Assembly: GCF_000143415.4 (NCBI RefSeq)
Contig: NW_003314269.1
Span: forward strand, 1,495,544 to 1,559,543
Length of the DNA: 64,000 nt
DNA from: Selaginella moellendorffii
Taxonomy: Eukaryota; Plantae; Lycopodiophyta
Direction: 5' to 3'
In this document: positions 40,547 through 53,174 of the stretch, piece after piece
Layout of the letters: every line of letters starts with the position of its first letter
Numbering within the stretch: the stretch's first letter is position 1
Translations under genes and position numbers: made by a program
The notes under the pieces: model-generated
Seen by the model: the letters and a program-made list of their open reading frames with translations, nothing else
What the model was told of the DNA's origin: nothing
Database searches by the model: none

Positions 40547-40985
40547 ATGACTTCTATATTGAAGAGTTGCTTGATTAATAGATTGGGAAGCCTCAAAGTG
40601 AAAGCTCTGGATGGCAATGCGAATGAGGAGCCAAGAAAAGTGGAAATTGTTCCCGAGGGATGGCAAATCTTGAAGCCCATTCCCGAGATCAACAACCTTG
40701 GCTCTGCTTCGTCATCCAAAGGGATTGGCATTGGAACTCCAGTAGTAGTCACTGAGGCTCCTCAAATCCTCAAGACTGCCGAGCCAATGCCAATGCTGCG
40801 CAAAAACGATGGAGTAATTCGCCCTGGGGATGTTGGCAGGTAAATCTCTACCACAAATTCCTTTTTGTACTCAGGAAAAACTGTGCAGGATAATTGATAG
40901 GAGACCAAAGAATGTCTGGGCTGTGAGGTTCGCCATCGGAGCTTATCTAATCGATGGGAAGTGTTTCAAAGAGTTCAAGCCATGA
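40547..40985 (+). CDS. CRR42: Chlororespiratory reduction 42-like (DUF3148) NDH assembly factor, 2 exons
   Basis: GTPVVVTEAPQILKTAEPMPMLR...IRPGDVGR|IIDRRPKNVWAVRFAIGAYLIDGKCFKEFKP*. Confidence 0.85.
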
Positions 40986-41027
40986 AATTTCAATCTTCCT
41001 TTGTGGAGCTACAACTAAAATCGTTGA

Positions 41028-41275
41028 TTAATTTACAACAACGAACCATTCATGGCCGCAGTGTAATATATCTGTGATCGTCTTTGTCAGGTTTCCACAC
41101 AGATTAAACGGGATCTCTTGTCATGCCTCGGGATCCATTGATTCGCAGGTAAGCTACGAGCTGGCCGTGTTTTTTAGCATTCCTTCGACGGGTTGGATCA
41201 TCCACCTGCCAAATGCTTCCAGCAGATCACCTCTTCCAGAAGCAGCTTCAATCTCAACCAAACACAAAGAATCTA
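41028..41275 (-). pseudogene. BCAT last-exon relic
   Basis: Collinear with 47689-47975, with deletions. Confidence 0.8.
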
Positions 41276-41405
41276 AACCCCGGAGATGCCCGATGCGACC
41301 TGGGCCTCGTTGATCTTTTGGGCTCTCTTACCTTTCAGAGAAAAGGTATAAAATAAACCTGTCGATTTGTGGAGTTTTTCCAGCTTAAGTCTATTTTTTC
41401 CTAAA

Positions 41406-42683
41406 GGTGTTTGGGTCGTTAATTCGAGTAATGGGCTCTTACGAATATTGCGTCTGGCACTTCCGATCACACAACGGTCGTTATAAACCATGTTCGCAGT
41501 TTTAAGCCTTGGAACCTGACATTGTCTCGTACTACAAGCAGAATGGGCTCTTGGTAATGTCGCTGGCGACTCTCCAAAGTGCCGAGACCTCGTCCTGAAT
41601 AACAATGCCATGACGCCGTTGCTAGCACAGCTGAACGAAAATGCGGTGCTGTCTATGCTGCGCACCGCAACGTGGACGCTATCAACCTTTTGTCGTGGCA
41701 AGCCGCAGCCGAACTTTGAGCAGGTATGCATGCGGGTCCTTTGTAGGCATGTCGATACAGATTTTGGTCGTTGGTCGGTGTTGTTTCATGCAGTCGAGAC
41801 CTTCTTTATCTTCTCTAGAAAAGCTGATTCATTCGACTGATGAGGTAATCCTTACTGATGCATGCTGGGCTTTGTCATACATATCCGATGGCACAAACAA
41901 TGAGATTCAAGCTGTCATTGAGGTCGGCGTTTGTCCACGTCTTATGAGTTTACTCATGTAAGTCGTGTCTTTAGCTCTGACTTTTAACTGGCCTGACGTT
42001 CCTGGTTCCAGGTATCCTTCACCGAATGTTCTTATTCCTGCTCTTCGTACGGTGGGAAACATTGTGACTGGTGACGATGTCCAAACGCAGGAAAACTTGA
42101 AACGGAACAACAATGGAGCACTGCCATATTTGTTACATCTTCTCACCAATGTTTACAACAAGAAGGATGCTTGCTGGACAATCTCGAGCATGGAACTTCT
42201 TGCCAACGCCGAGTTTGACATAAAGAAAGAGGCAATGCAACCTCTGGCGGTACACATGAACAAATCAAATAGGTTGTCATTGCGCTGAGACGCTGTACCT
42301 GACTCTGGAGATGCAGGTATCTCGTGAACCAGGGATGCATCAAGCCTCTATGCGACCTCCTCAACTGTTCCGATGCCAAGATCATTGTGGTGGCCTTGGA
42401 GGGCCTAGAAAACATCCTCACGGTCTGCTAGACGGAGAAGGACCCGGGAAACACTGGCTCCATCAACATCTACGCCAAGTTCATCGACGAGGCGGAGGGC
42501 CTGGAGAAGATCGAAACCCACGATAACAACGAGATATACGACAAGGTGATCAAGATCCTCAACAGCTACTGGGTGGAGGAAGACGAAGAGAACGTTGCTC
42601 CTGGCGTAGCTCCAGCGCCCATTTGCATTCGGGAATCAAGATCATTCGGGAATGTGCCGAGTGGTGGCTTCAATTCCGGTTGA
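41406..42683 (+). pseudogene. Importin-alpha pseudogene copy 3
   Basis: Collinear with ~27960-29468; 5' exons lost, splice donor mutated near 42091, multiple deletions and frameshifts. Confidence 0.92.
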
Positions 42684-43070
42684 GGTATGCCATTTCTTTT
42701 CTGGATCTCTCGAAGTGACCGACTTGGTGCAGAAGACCATCTCATGTCTCGATCGAGTCGAGAGGAGAAAGAGATTTGCTTGGTCCGCGATGTGAGCAGC
42801 ATCCGCGATCTGTGGCAGACGAAGCTGTGCTGGTGTAAAGTCGAGTTGAGTTTGAGCTAGTCGATGGTCGACAAGCTTTTTGCAGACCCGCCGGGGGAAG
42901 GAGAGGGTCTTGTAGAACAGCAGCGAGCTCTTGCTGTCTCGTATTTGTGTTGTCTTTGTTTAGCCGGACGTGCTAAATGCGGTGGGGTCACGGTTGCGTA
43001 ATGTCCTTCTATTACAAGGACATTACGCAATGTCCTTGCTATTACAAATTCGATGTATGCAAAAGATTGA

Positions 43071-45218
43071 ATGAATGAAATGAATGAGTTGAATGTCTCC
43101 AAGCTTATAGCTTCTTGCAACTCTTTGGAGGATGCGAAGGCTTTGCATGGACAAGTTGTGAGGCAAGGTTTGGATCGCCAACTTTTCATTGGCACTGCAC
43201 TTGTAAGAATGTACGGGAGATTGGGCTGCGTGGAGGAGGCTAGGTGGATTTTTGAGAAGATGCCGGCGAGAGATGCTGTGGCCTGGACTGTGATGCTCTG
43301 GGTATATGCCCACGCAGGGCATCTTGAGGAATGTAGGAGGACGTTTTATAAGATGCCCAGGCAGGACGTGGTGGCCACGAATGTGATGATCCGAGCTTAT
43401 GCCCAACACGGGTGTATGAAAGAAGCAAAAATACTGTTTGGAAATATGCTTGAACCGAGTGTGATGTCGTGGAACTCTATGATTTCTGGCTACTGCTTGA
43501 GTGGGTCTTTGGTAGAAGCCCGAGAGATGTTTGATCGCATGCCTGCGAAGGACGTGGTGACATGGACGATACTGTGCCGTAGCTACGCGCAGCATGGTTA
43601 CATTTGTGAGGCAATGAAGCTATTCGAAAATATTCCAGAGAAAAATGTTGTTTCATGGAACTCCTTAATTTCCGCTTTTGCCGAAACGGGGAAAATGCAG
43701 TACTGCGTCGTCTTGTTCGAGAGGATGCCCCAGAGAGACATTGTGTCGTGGAGCATCTTGTTTTGGGCATTTTATCATTATTTTGAAAATTTTGAAAACG
43801 CAGAAAAAGTTTTTAATGACATGCCCGAGCACGATGTAGTGGTGACAACCGCGATCATGGAAGCATATGCCCGGTGCGGGCATCTTTACCGTGTGGAAGA
43901 AATGTTTTCATATATGCCGTTTCGAAGCGAGGTGTCTTGGAATGTGTTGGTTCTCGCGCTCGTCCAGAGTGGCGAGCTAGATCGAGCACAACAAACGCTT
44001 GAGTTGATGGACGGACAAAGTCCTCACGTCTGGAACACCGTACTTGCGGGGAGAGCTCGAGAGAACCAGATTGAGAAAACCCTTTACTTGTTTAGACTCA
44101 TGGACCTGCAAGGGCTGAGAGCCGATCACGTAACATTTGCGAGCGTTTTGGGTGTTTGTGAGACTATCTCGTCTCTCGAGTTGATCCGCGCGGAGGTCAC
44201 CAGCATTGGAATTGAAACAAATGTGGTTGTTGCGACGGCCTTGATTGATGCTTATGGTAGGGTCGGAATGATTGATGCCGCGAGGAATTGCTTTGATAAC
44301 ATTGCTCAAAAGGACTTGTTCGTGTGGACTGCGATGCTTGGGGCATTTGCTAAGGTAGGGGATATTTCCTCGGCGGTCTCCGTGTTTGAGAATATGCCCC
44401 AGCACAGCATCGTCTCTTGGAACTCGCTTCTTTCCACGTATTTGAACGCTGGGTATTTCGAAAAAGCACGGGTGCTGCTCGACACAGCTCCCGAGCGCCG
44501 TGTTTCAACATGGAACGTTTTGATTGGATCATGCGTCAAGAATGGTCGTGCCGAAGATGCAATCTCAGCGTTTCTGGAAATGGAGTCTAGAGGAATTCTT
44601 CCAGACTCTGTCACTTGGATACAACTTTGCGGAGCTGGGTCTCTTCTTCACCAAAGCAAACTTGTGGCAAATCTGATCACAAGAAATTGTTGGAAGCACG
44701 ACGTGATGGTCAGTACTGCAGTTATCGACATGCATGGGAAATGCTCTGAATTACAGGCTGCCGAATTTGTGTTTAGCACGATGCCTGTTTGTACCACTGT
44801 GTCTTGGAATGCCGTGATTGCGGCCTATGCTCGGAATGGAAACATTTGCAAAGCATTGGGCTTCTTTAGGGAGATGTTTTTGGACAGTGTTCCTCCAAAC
44901 GAGGTCACATTCTTAGTTCTCATGAATTCATGCAGCCATAGAGGATTGGTCCCTGAGGGCATGAATTTGTTTTATTCCCAGGAGCTTCCTAGTTCCAGGT
45001 CTATGCATCACTCGTGTGTAGCAGACCTTAGTGCAAGGGCTGGATGGGTAACGCTTGATGCAAGTGAAGAAAATATTGGGGCTTGGACTTCTGCATTGGC
45101 AGCATTTATTCGCCAAGGGGACTACATGAATGGGGTGGATGTGATCAGACGTATTGTAACACTAGGTAATGCTAAATATGCTCTGTTAATCTCAAATCTT
45201 TATGCTTTGTGCAGATGA
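43071..45218 (+). CDS. PLS-class pentatricopeptide repeat protein, degenerate E region, no DYW
   Basis: Intronless 715-aa ORF; repeats of the type MPxRDVVSWN; ends YALLISNLYALCR. Confidence 0.9.
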   Translation: MNEMNELNVSKLIASCNSLEDAKALHGQVVRQGLDRQLFIGTALVRMYGRLGCVEEARWIFEKMPARDAVAWTVMLWVYAHAGHLEECRRTFYKMPRQDVVATNVMIRAYAQHGCMKEAKILFGNMLEPSVMSWNSMISGYCLSGSLVEAREMFDRMPAKDVVTWTILCRSYAQHGYICEAMKLFENIPEKNVVSWNSLISAFAETGKMQYCVVLFERMPQRDIVSWSILFWAFYHYFENFENAEKVFNDMPEHDVVVTTAIMEAYARCGHLYRVEEMFSYMPFRSEVSWNVLVLALVQSGELDRAQQTLELMDGQSPHVWNTVLAGRARENQIEKTLYLFRLMDLQGLRADHVTFASVLGVCETISSLELIRAEVTSIGIETNVVVATALIDAYGRVGMIDAARNCFDNIAQKDLFVWTAMLGAFAKVGDISSAVSVFENMPQHSIVSWNSLLSTYLNAGYFEKARVLLDTAPERRVSTWNVLIGSCVKNGRAEDAISAFLEMESRGILPDSVTWIQLCGAGSLLHQSKLVANLITRNCWKHDVMVSTAVIDMHGKCSELQAAEFVFSTMPVCTTVSWNAVIAAYARNGNICKALGFFREMFLDSVPPNEVTFLVLMNSCSHRGLVPEGMNLFYSQELPSSRSMHHSCVADLSARAGWVTLDASEENIGAWTSALAAFIRQGDYMNGVDVIRRIVTLGNAKYALLISNLYALCR

Positions 45219-45700
45219 TCTAAATTCAAGCACAAAAGAACATAACTTTTGTTTATGATTTTTTGCTTAGGTGTTTAAAAAATATACCTGTTGGAAATGC
45301 ATGTTTGAATCATCTCACAAGCCAGCACTTTGCTCTTTATATTATGAAACAATTAACAACTTTATTCATGATGGGATCCTCTTGAGCGGTATGTAAGTTT
45401 TAAGAAACTCATAAACAGACAAAATCTTCTAAATTTGTACAGTCATGTTCATTCTATTTCCATTGGTTATAAGTTCTTGTAGACAACAAAGATAAAAATC
45501 GTAAGAATAAAAACTTTATAAAATGTGAACTCTCAAACTTGAAAAATAAAATCTAAAGTCTTGGGAGTCATTGCAGTCTGGCTATGAATTGGCTGGCTCA
45601 AAAGCAGCAACAATCAAAAGAAAAGATCACTACTTATCACCCTCACCATGAACTATAACCTCATCCATGCCAACAGCTCTAGCAAAATTTGATTGGTAGT

Positions 45701-45924
45701 TGCAATCTCTATTACTATACAGTGACATATGAGCGCCATGTATGTTCGAGAGAAATGTGTTTTGATCAATGGTCTTGTAGGCTGCCCAAGTCCATGGTAA
45801 CAAGGGCTATGGCCTTATTTGATGGCAACTGCAATCTCTACTATACAGCAATATGAGCAGTGCCACTTATGTTGAAATGTTTTTTATCAATAGCCTCATA
45901 GGCTGCCCAAGTCCAGGTTACAAC
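45701..45924. repeat. Imperfect ~130-bp tandem duplication
   Basis: gcaatctct...ctatacag...taggctgcccaagtcca occurs at ~45702 and ~45831. Confidence 0.65.
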
Positions 45925-47399
45925 TAGGCTAACAAAGGCCATGCTTTTAACCATTAAGGTTCATCCCATTTGCTCCTATATATAGCTATATGATTTTCAG
46001 TAAACTATGCATAATAAGTCTTGTAGTGGTCAAATACTATATATAAATTATAATTCTCATAAAGAAATTCTTTATAAGGCTGCATTTAAAATGTATGAAC
46101 TATATTGGAGATTTAACATCCTATTGGAGAAGCTTTATGACAAAGTTGGGTCATTGGATTCTTTGAAACCAACCTCTAGCTGCAAGTATTGGAACTGAGG
46201 TCCCAGATAGGCAACTCAAGTTTTGGTAGATGCACTTACCACGCAAATAACAGTTGTTTGGTATTGTCCTTGAGGAGGCTCTGTGCAGTGTGGGAGAAGC
46301 AAGACGACATTGTACTGACCAACTCCTTAGGTTCAAGATGCTTAGTGTGAGCAGCTCGGTACATGAGTGAATCTAGAACAACATGCACTTAAAAAACTAG
46401 CTTTCTCCAAAAAAGGCACTATACATTGCTCAGGAGATCCACGCCTTGCAAAACATCAATATGCTAAGTCATGAAGGGTTGCAAACGAACTTATCCAACA
46501 GCAAAGAGATAAGATTTATGTCAACAAAGGTGTTTGTCATATCACTTCATATCAGCTTTATTCGGCATAAAAGGTTCATATGCTATCAACATGCTGGCTC
46601 AAAAAGATTGTTGATGACCTGACATACAAAAAAACTCACCAACTTAAAGTGAGTATTAACACTAATAAAGAAAATTATCATGTATTCCCATGCTGGTGAG
46701 CCTCTACCTGTAATGATCTCGAGAGATCATATTTCAAGGCCAGCAGAAGTGAGAAGATTTACATGCATAATGTAGATAGAAAAGATTTCAATTGTTTCTT
46801 GTCATTAGCTTGAAGGTTTTAGCAACTTATATTGTCCATTATAGTTGATTTCACTTCTAATAATCTCAATTAAAGATAATTTAACATACAAAAATTCACA
46901 AATATCTAGAAATTTTATAAGCTGGACCTAGGCAAGTCTAAACATTTTTATTTTTCTATTTTGTTTCTATCTTGAAGCCATTTACAATAGTCTTCCATCT
47001 ACTATATGTTACATTTACCCATAAATTTCATTTCCATAAAGAGCTCACAATCTTATAAAATTCATTATCCTAGTAAAGCATCTCTGAATATTTTTTTTTA
47101 TTTAGTCCAGCATAGTTAGATTACTTGCTAGTTATAACTATAAGGTGACATATCCCTATGTATTGTATGTTTAATATATATTTTTATCTACAAATGAAAA
47201 AAATCATTTTCAAAATAAGCATTTGTTTCAAATAATTTTTGATAGCTTGTGCATAATTTTTTTTGTTTTTTAAATTAAGCAGTGATTACAACGCTTTTTG
47301 CATCAAGGTTGGTTTAATTCTTTAGTTAAGTTTTAAGTAAAGAAAATTTGTCTGCACTGCAATGAGTTTGAGTTTTCTAAAAGAGCATCAATTGAGAAT

Positions 47400-47652
47400 A
47401 AAGAATTAATGGGAGCAGCTCTAAATGACGCCATAAACAAAGTAGAAATTGTTCTACTTCTATTGGCATTGGAACTCTAGTAATAGTCACTGAGGCTCAA
47501 CTAATTCGTCGTGGGGTAAATTTCTACCGCAATTTGTAAAGTGTGCAGGATAATTGATGGAGACCGGGCCGTACACATTGATTAGATGGTTCTCTAGGTT
47601 GGCCATTGAAGCTTATCTAATCGATGGGAAGTGTTTCAAAGAATTCAAGCCA
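47400..47652 (+). pseudogene. CRR42 pseudogene
   Basis: Deleted copy of 40547-40985 (attggcattggaactc, gtcactgaggctc, gcttatctaatcgatgggaagtgtttcaaaga). Confidence 0.85.
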
Positions 47653-47688
47653 ATCTTCCTACTGTGGAGCTACAACTAAAACCGTTGA

Positions 47689-49161
47689 TTAATTTACAAC
47701 AACGGACCATTCGCTTGAAACATGGCCGTAGTGTATATCTGAGATCGTTCTTGTCAGGTATCCACACAGATTAAACGGGATCTCTCGGGTTTTACAGTCA
47801 TGTCTCGAGATCCATTGATTCGCCGCTTCCAAGTTGAACGGCACGCTTATGAGCTGGCCGTTTTCTTTGAGCATTCCTTCGACAGGTTGGATCATGCACG
47901 CTGTACCAGTGCCAAATGCCTCCAGCAGATCACCTCTAGCAACAGCAGCTTCAATCTAAAACAAACACAAAGAATCTCTCAGAAGAGAAAGAAGAAAGGT
48001 TTTCCATACCTCTGGAAAGTTTAAAGGTCGCTCCGAGACTTTGAGGCCCGGTATGTTACTGGCGAGCTTGAGAACCGTGTCTCTGGTAACTCCTGGGAGA
48101 ATAGTTCCATCGAGAGCTGGTGTAACGAGCTCCATTGCGCCACTCTTGGTTCCATCTCGCAGCAGAAAGAAGATGTTCATGGAGCCTGCTTCGCCAATTC
48201 TCTCCGTCCCTTCGAGCACGTATAGCACCTGTGAGCATCCTCGTTTGGCAGCCTCCAGCTGAGGGAGCACAGTCTGAGCGTAGTTGCCACCCAGCTTTCT
48301 ATCACCAACACCACCTGGATATGCCCGGACGTTTCTTCGGTCCACAAAGAGTTTGACGGGCTTGAGACCGGTAGGAAAGTATGGACCGACTGGTGAGAGG
48401 ACCACAAAGAGCATCCCTTCTCGTGGGGCCTGAATTCCCAAGCACGCCTGTGTCGCGATCATAGCCGGACGGATGTAAAGCGAGAAACCTTCTTTGCTGG
48501 GAATCCAATCGCGTTCTAGACGGACCAGCTCTTTGATGCAGTCAAGCAGCTCCATCTACACGAAGGAAGAAAGGAGAATTACGACGCCACATCGAAGCAC
48601 GCCACATTACCTTGTCAAACTCCGGAAGAGCTAGGCGCTGAGCGGACTTGAGAAGCCTGTTCATGTGCATTAGAGGCCGGAAGAGGCGAATCCGACCGTC
48701 TTTATCCTTGTAGGCCTTCATGCCTTCGAAGCATTCTGTGGCGTAGTGCAAAACTTGTGCGCAAGGATGAAGCTTTAGGTGCTGCAGAGGATTTATTTCC
48801 GGGGAGAGCCATCCCTGCTGCTCGTTCCAAGAGATTTGGAGCATGTGGTCTGTTGTCTCGGCTCCAAATTTGAGAACGTTCGCATCAGCTACAGGCTTTA
48901 CCTGTCCAAAAGCGTGAGCTTTTCCACTAAGATCAAGGAAAAAAAACAAAAAAAACTCACCTTGAGCCTGCCAGACCGATTCACCACCAAGTTATCAAAG
49001 CATATATCCGAGCTGGGAAGTTCAACCGGCTCGTGAGCCGAAGCAACAGCCTGCTGGAGAGGCAGCGACTTGAACTCGCTGTTGAAACTCGTCCACGAAC
49101 TGATACTTCTCGCCTGGATCCAGCACCATCTCATTAACTTCGTCCTCGGGAGCCTCTCCAT
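47689..49161 (-). CDS. BCAT: Branched-chain amino acid aminotransferase (animal/fungal-like type), probable mitochondrial presequence
   Basis: KFGAETTDHML, VLHYATECFEGMKAY, RLFRP, SLYIRP, GDRKLGGNY (PLP Lys), EAGSMNIF, ILPGVTRD, EAFGTGTA; 4 exons. Confidence 0.92.
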
Positions 49162-49803
49162 CACTTGAGCTCAAGCTCCCCTCGACCGTGTCGTCCAAAG
49201 CTTGTCCAAAGCATCAGTGATGTGGAAGATGTGCACGATGACAAGGAGCTCATTCCAAGGTCGCCTGCTTGTAACACTGCGCCGGTGGCACATTTCATAC
49301 CTGTCACCGTCACACTTGTAGAGCCCCAACCAAACTCTTTACAGTTTAAGAGTCAGAAACCTCATGCTTACCATGTGAGAGGACGATAGATCCTCCAGCT
49401 CCTTGTGACCAAGACCAAATCTAATGCTCTTCCCTTTTTCTTTCCGGCTTCTGCGTTCCTGCGGCCAATCCATGGCAGTGATAACAACCCGTCTCCTGTC
49501 CCTGGTCCTTCTCAGTGCCATCCTCCTCTCTGGCTTTCACTCGAGAAGGACAAGTTTGCTCCCCAAACTCTTGAGGACTTCTTCCCTGGAATCGCGCACC
49601 TGTATTGCGGAAGACCCGAGCGTCTTCCCTGTAATCTCCACCAGCTGTACGAGCTGCCGAGAGGACACAGCCTCGAAGAAGCGTGTCCAAACTCAAGCGC
49701 TCCTGACGTGACTTTACACGGCAAAGAGAGTTGAAAACGTAACTGGATGTTATTTGGAAAGAATAAAAAAAATACCTTATTGTGAACAAGAGTTCCACGA
49801 AAA

Positions 49804-51828
49804 TCAATGCATGAACGATGCCTGGTACGCCGGTGGCGGCGGCGGCAACGAGTTCCTGAGGTTTCCAAAGCTGGGGTAAGTGTTCGTCGGGGTGGTGGAG
49901 TAGCCAGGAGCGCCGTAGATGGAGCCGTCGGCGGGGGAGTAGATGTAGGAATTCGGTGGCAAGCTCGACAGTGACACTGCACTCCGGCTGCCTGGTGCGT
50001 ACGACGGCATGTAGCCACCCTGGTTTTGCCTCTCGAACGCAACCGGTGACACGAACTGGTAGCCCGACACGCTGGGTCCGGGCGGGACGTAGCCGCCTCT
50101 CTCTGGATTCCTGTCTGGGTTCCGGTACGAGTATCCGCCGTTGTTGCTGCCACGAGGCCGCTTCGACTGGCCCTTCATTGAGCCGCCCGTTCTCTTCTTG
50201 TCAAGCTTGGCTTTCTCGAGCTGGAAAATCCGCTTGTGAAGAGGAGACGATGGGAAGTCCGCCTCAAGGTTGTACTCTTCAATGCATTTCAGCACGGACC
50301 TTGTCGCAGAGAGTTCCTTCATCATGGAATCGTTCTGGAAAAAGTGGAGCGTCAGCTCTAACCAAACTGGCTTTACAAAGAGAATCATCGTGTACCTGAG
50401 CAGCGGCTGGGCTGTGGCCTGACTTAAGCATCGAGTGGGCAATCCTTCGAGCATCCTTGAGGTAATTCTTCAACAGTGACACTGGCTGGATGCGGTCCAT
50501 GATGCCAAACTCCTTTGCCATCGACAGCGCCTCGATCGGCTTCCCATCCTCGACCAGCTTGTCAACGATAGCTGCAAAAGAAAAAACTCTTTAGAAACTC
50601 CACACTCAAGCCATCACCGATACACGCGGAAGTGGTACGCTCATTAAAGTTACCACAGAAACTGGTAACTCCCAGACAGCCAGCCAGCCAGAAGCAGCAA
50701 ACACACGGCAGTTTGGCTTGCGAGAAAACCAAACGCAAGAAACAAACGACACCAACCTGGTATCCTGGCTGACAAGCCGATTGCTCTACACAGAGCGGGA
50801 GTCTTCTTACGCCGGGCAATAGCTGATATCAGCCCACACAGCTCTTCCTCATCGTACTCCGAAGAGATACCAAATGTCGCCAGTAACTGCAGGAAAGCCT
50901 GGGCATCCAAAGAGCTGCCCCCGGCAGCGTCTTTCTGGACGTCCATCCTAGACCTCCACTTTTCGGCCATATCCTTGGCGACCTCCTTGACATGAGAAGG
51001 CACGACGGGGTGGTCTACACCCAGCACCGGATCGGCCAACACTACTTGCAAACACTCCAGGAGAAGGATGCAAGCCCGGCGACTGGCCGAGGCGTCGCTA
51101 GCCTTCCTCGTGCTGCTACTCGGGTCTGGGAGATAAGCCTCGAGAGCCACCACCACCATGCGTGCTGGATCCACAGCACACTTAAGAGCGCCGGGAAGCT
51201 CGTGGCGCAAGCTAGCAAACTCTTTCCGGTGTTCCACAATGAACCTTCTAAGCCCATCCCCGTCCATGGTCTCGCACAGTGCCTTAAGTTCTGGACGGAC
51301 ACTCACCTCTCCACTGGCGCCACTCAAGCTCAACCCAACCACGGCCCTTCCATCGATCAGCTCATCGTCGTGGCTGGGGCTCTCTTGCGGTATGTTGAGA
51401 TCCAAGTCCATCGACTGAGAGATGGAGGAGGGAACAGCGTCGATCAGAGTAAAGCTCTCTTGCGCTGCCACTGCCGCTGCGAGCAGATCTGCCTCCTCCA
51501 CCATTGATTCCTTTTTCACTACCACAACCTTTGGAGCTCGCTCCTCCTGTTCCCTGGCCGAAATCTCTTGCTCTCTCCGCTCGACGAGCCGCTCGCGCTC
51601 GTCCAGGGCGATCTGGAGCTCCCGGGCCCTCTCCTGGAAGGATTTCTCCCTCGCGGCCAGATCGTCATACCTCTTCTGGACATCTCTCTCCGTCTCGGCA
51701 AGCATCTCGTCTAGCTCCTTCCACTCTGACACACACCTGGAGAGGATTTGCCGCTCCTTGTCGAGATCCAGGAACGCGCGCTGGAGCCGCTCCCTCCTCG
51801 CCGCCATCGCCTCCATATCCACGAGCAT
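49804..51828 (-). CDS. FRL: FRIGIDA-like protein
   Basis: N-terminal coiled coil; LCETMDGDGLRRF, ALKCAVDPARMVV, RRACILLLECL, DAQAFLQLLATFGI; KELSATRSVLKCIEEYNL; Pro/Tyr-rich tail. Confidence 0.9.
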
Positions 51829-51968
51829 AAGGGAATTGCCCTAACAAGCTAACAAGAAAAGGTTGTGGGTGTCTTAATTTATGCGATCCGACGGCCACGA
51901 AAAAGGCGATCACATCGACGGCTCAGGTTGAATTTACGAATTTAGGTTTATCCGCTCTCTCGATTTTT

Positions 51969-53174
51969 ATGGCGCTAGGCTCCAGGGTTTTGGGCAGTGG
52001 TCGCGGATTTCTCTCCACATTCTCTTTGAAAAGGCAATCCTATTGCCAGGCATCTCGCTCCGACGAAGCGACTCCATCGATCTCTCCGTGTGGAGCTCCA
52101 AATCATGGAAGGTTTGAGGACCTCTCGAGGAGAAGAAAGCCAATGTGCTTGTACTTCACGCAAAATCGTTGCCAGTATGTAAGGTTTTGTGTTCTTGGTG
52201 GGAAGTCTAAATTTTTTTTGTTTTTGGACAAGATGGATAGCCCAGAACACCTGGAGAAATTTTCTCACACATTCCCGGAGCTCGATCCCGTGGTTTTGGA
52301 CGCTGCCCGGCCTCTACCACGCCAACCATTCGACAAATTTCTCGTGCTTGACTTGGAAGGCAAGGTCGAGATTCTAGAGTTTCCAGTAGTTTTGCTGGAT
52401 GCGAAAACACTCACGGTGGTGGACAGGTTTCACAGGTGAGAAAAAGTTTTTCATTCTTTGTCTTCGACTTTTTTTTTCCTTCTCCAGATTCGTGAGGCCT
52501 TGCGAGCTCAAGGGTTCCCGGTTGCAAGCTTACATTGCTGGAAAGTATGGACGCTGGAAATTGGAGAGGTTTGCGTTGTGTGCTATAAGTACTTCACTTT
52601 CATATGGATCTTCACAGGCTTTGGGAGGATACAGCCATTCCTTTCCAAGAAACACTCCTCGCGTTTGAGGACTGGCTGGAGCAGCATTCTTTGCGTGATC
52701 CTGAGAGCCATTTACTCAAGAATTCTGCCTTTGTCACCTGGTAATAGACACAGTCCCATTTAAGCTTTCGATCACGCTCTGATTTTCGAGTTTCATTTTC
52801 CCAGTGGAAACTGGGACATCAAGACAAAGATTCCAGAGCAATGCATCACGTCGGGGATTCCATTGCCGAGCTATTTCTGCGAATGGATAAACCTGAAGGA
52901 CATTTTCCTCAACTTTTACAACAAACGGGCAAGAGCTAAGTCTAAAGTTTGAGCAGCCATTGTCAAGTCCTTTCTTGTGGAGCAGGCTCCGGGGATGCTG
53001 TCCATGATGAGAAGCTTGGACATGAGAGTTCAAGGCTCGCATCACTTGGGACTGGACGATGCGCACAACATAGCTCGAATCGTTCAAAAGATGGAGTCGG
53101 ACGGAGCTGTTCTATCCATCACTGCCAAAAGGCGAGGCAATCGAGTAGAGTTTTTGTTTCAAAATAGAGTCTGA
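51969..53174 (+). CDS. ERI1-like DEDDh 3'-5' exoribonuclease (At3g15140-like)
   Basis: FLVLDLEGKVEILEFPV, RFVRP, TCGNWDI, WINLKDIF, GSHHLGLDDAHNIAR. Confidence 0.88.
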
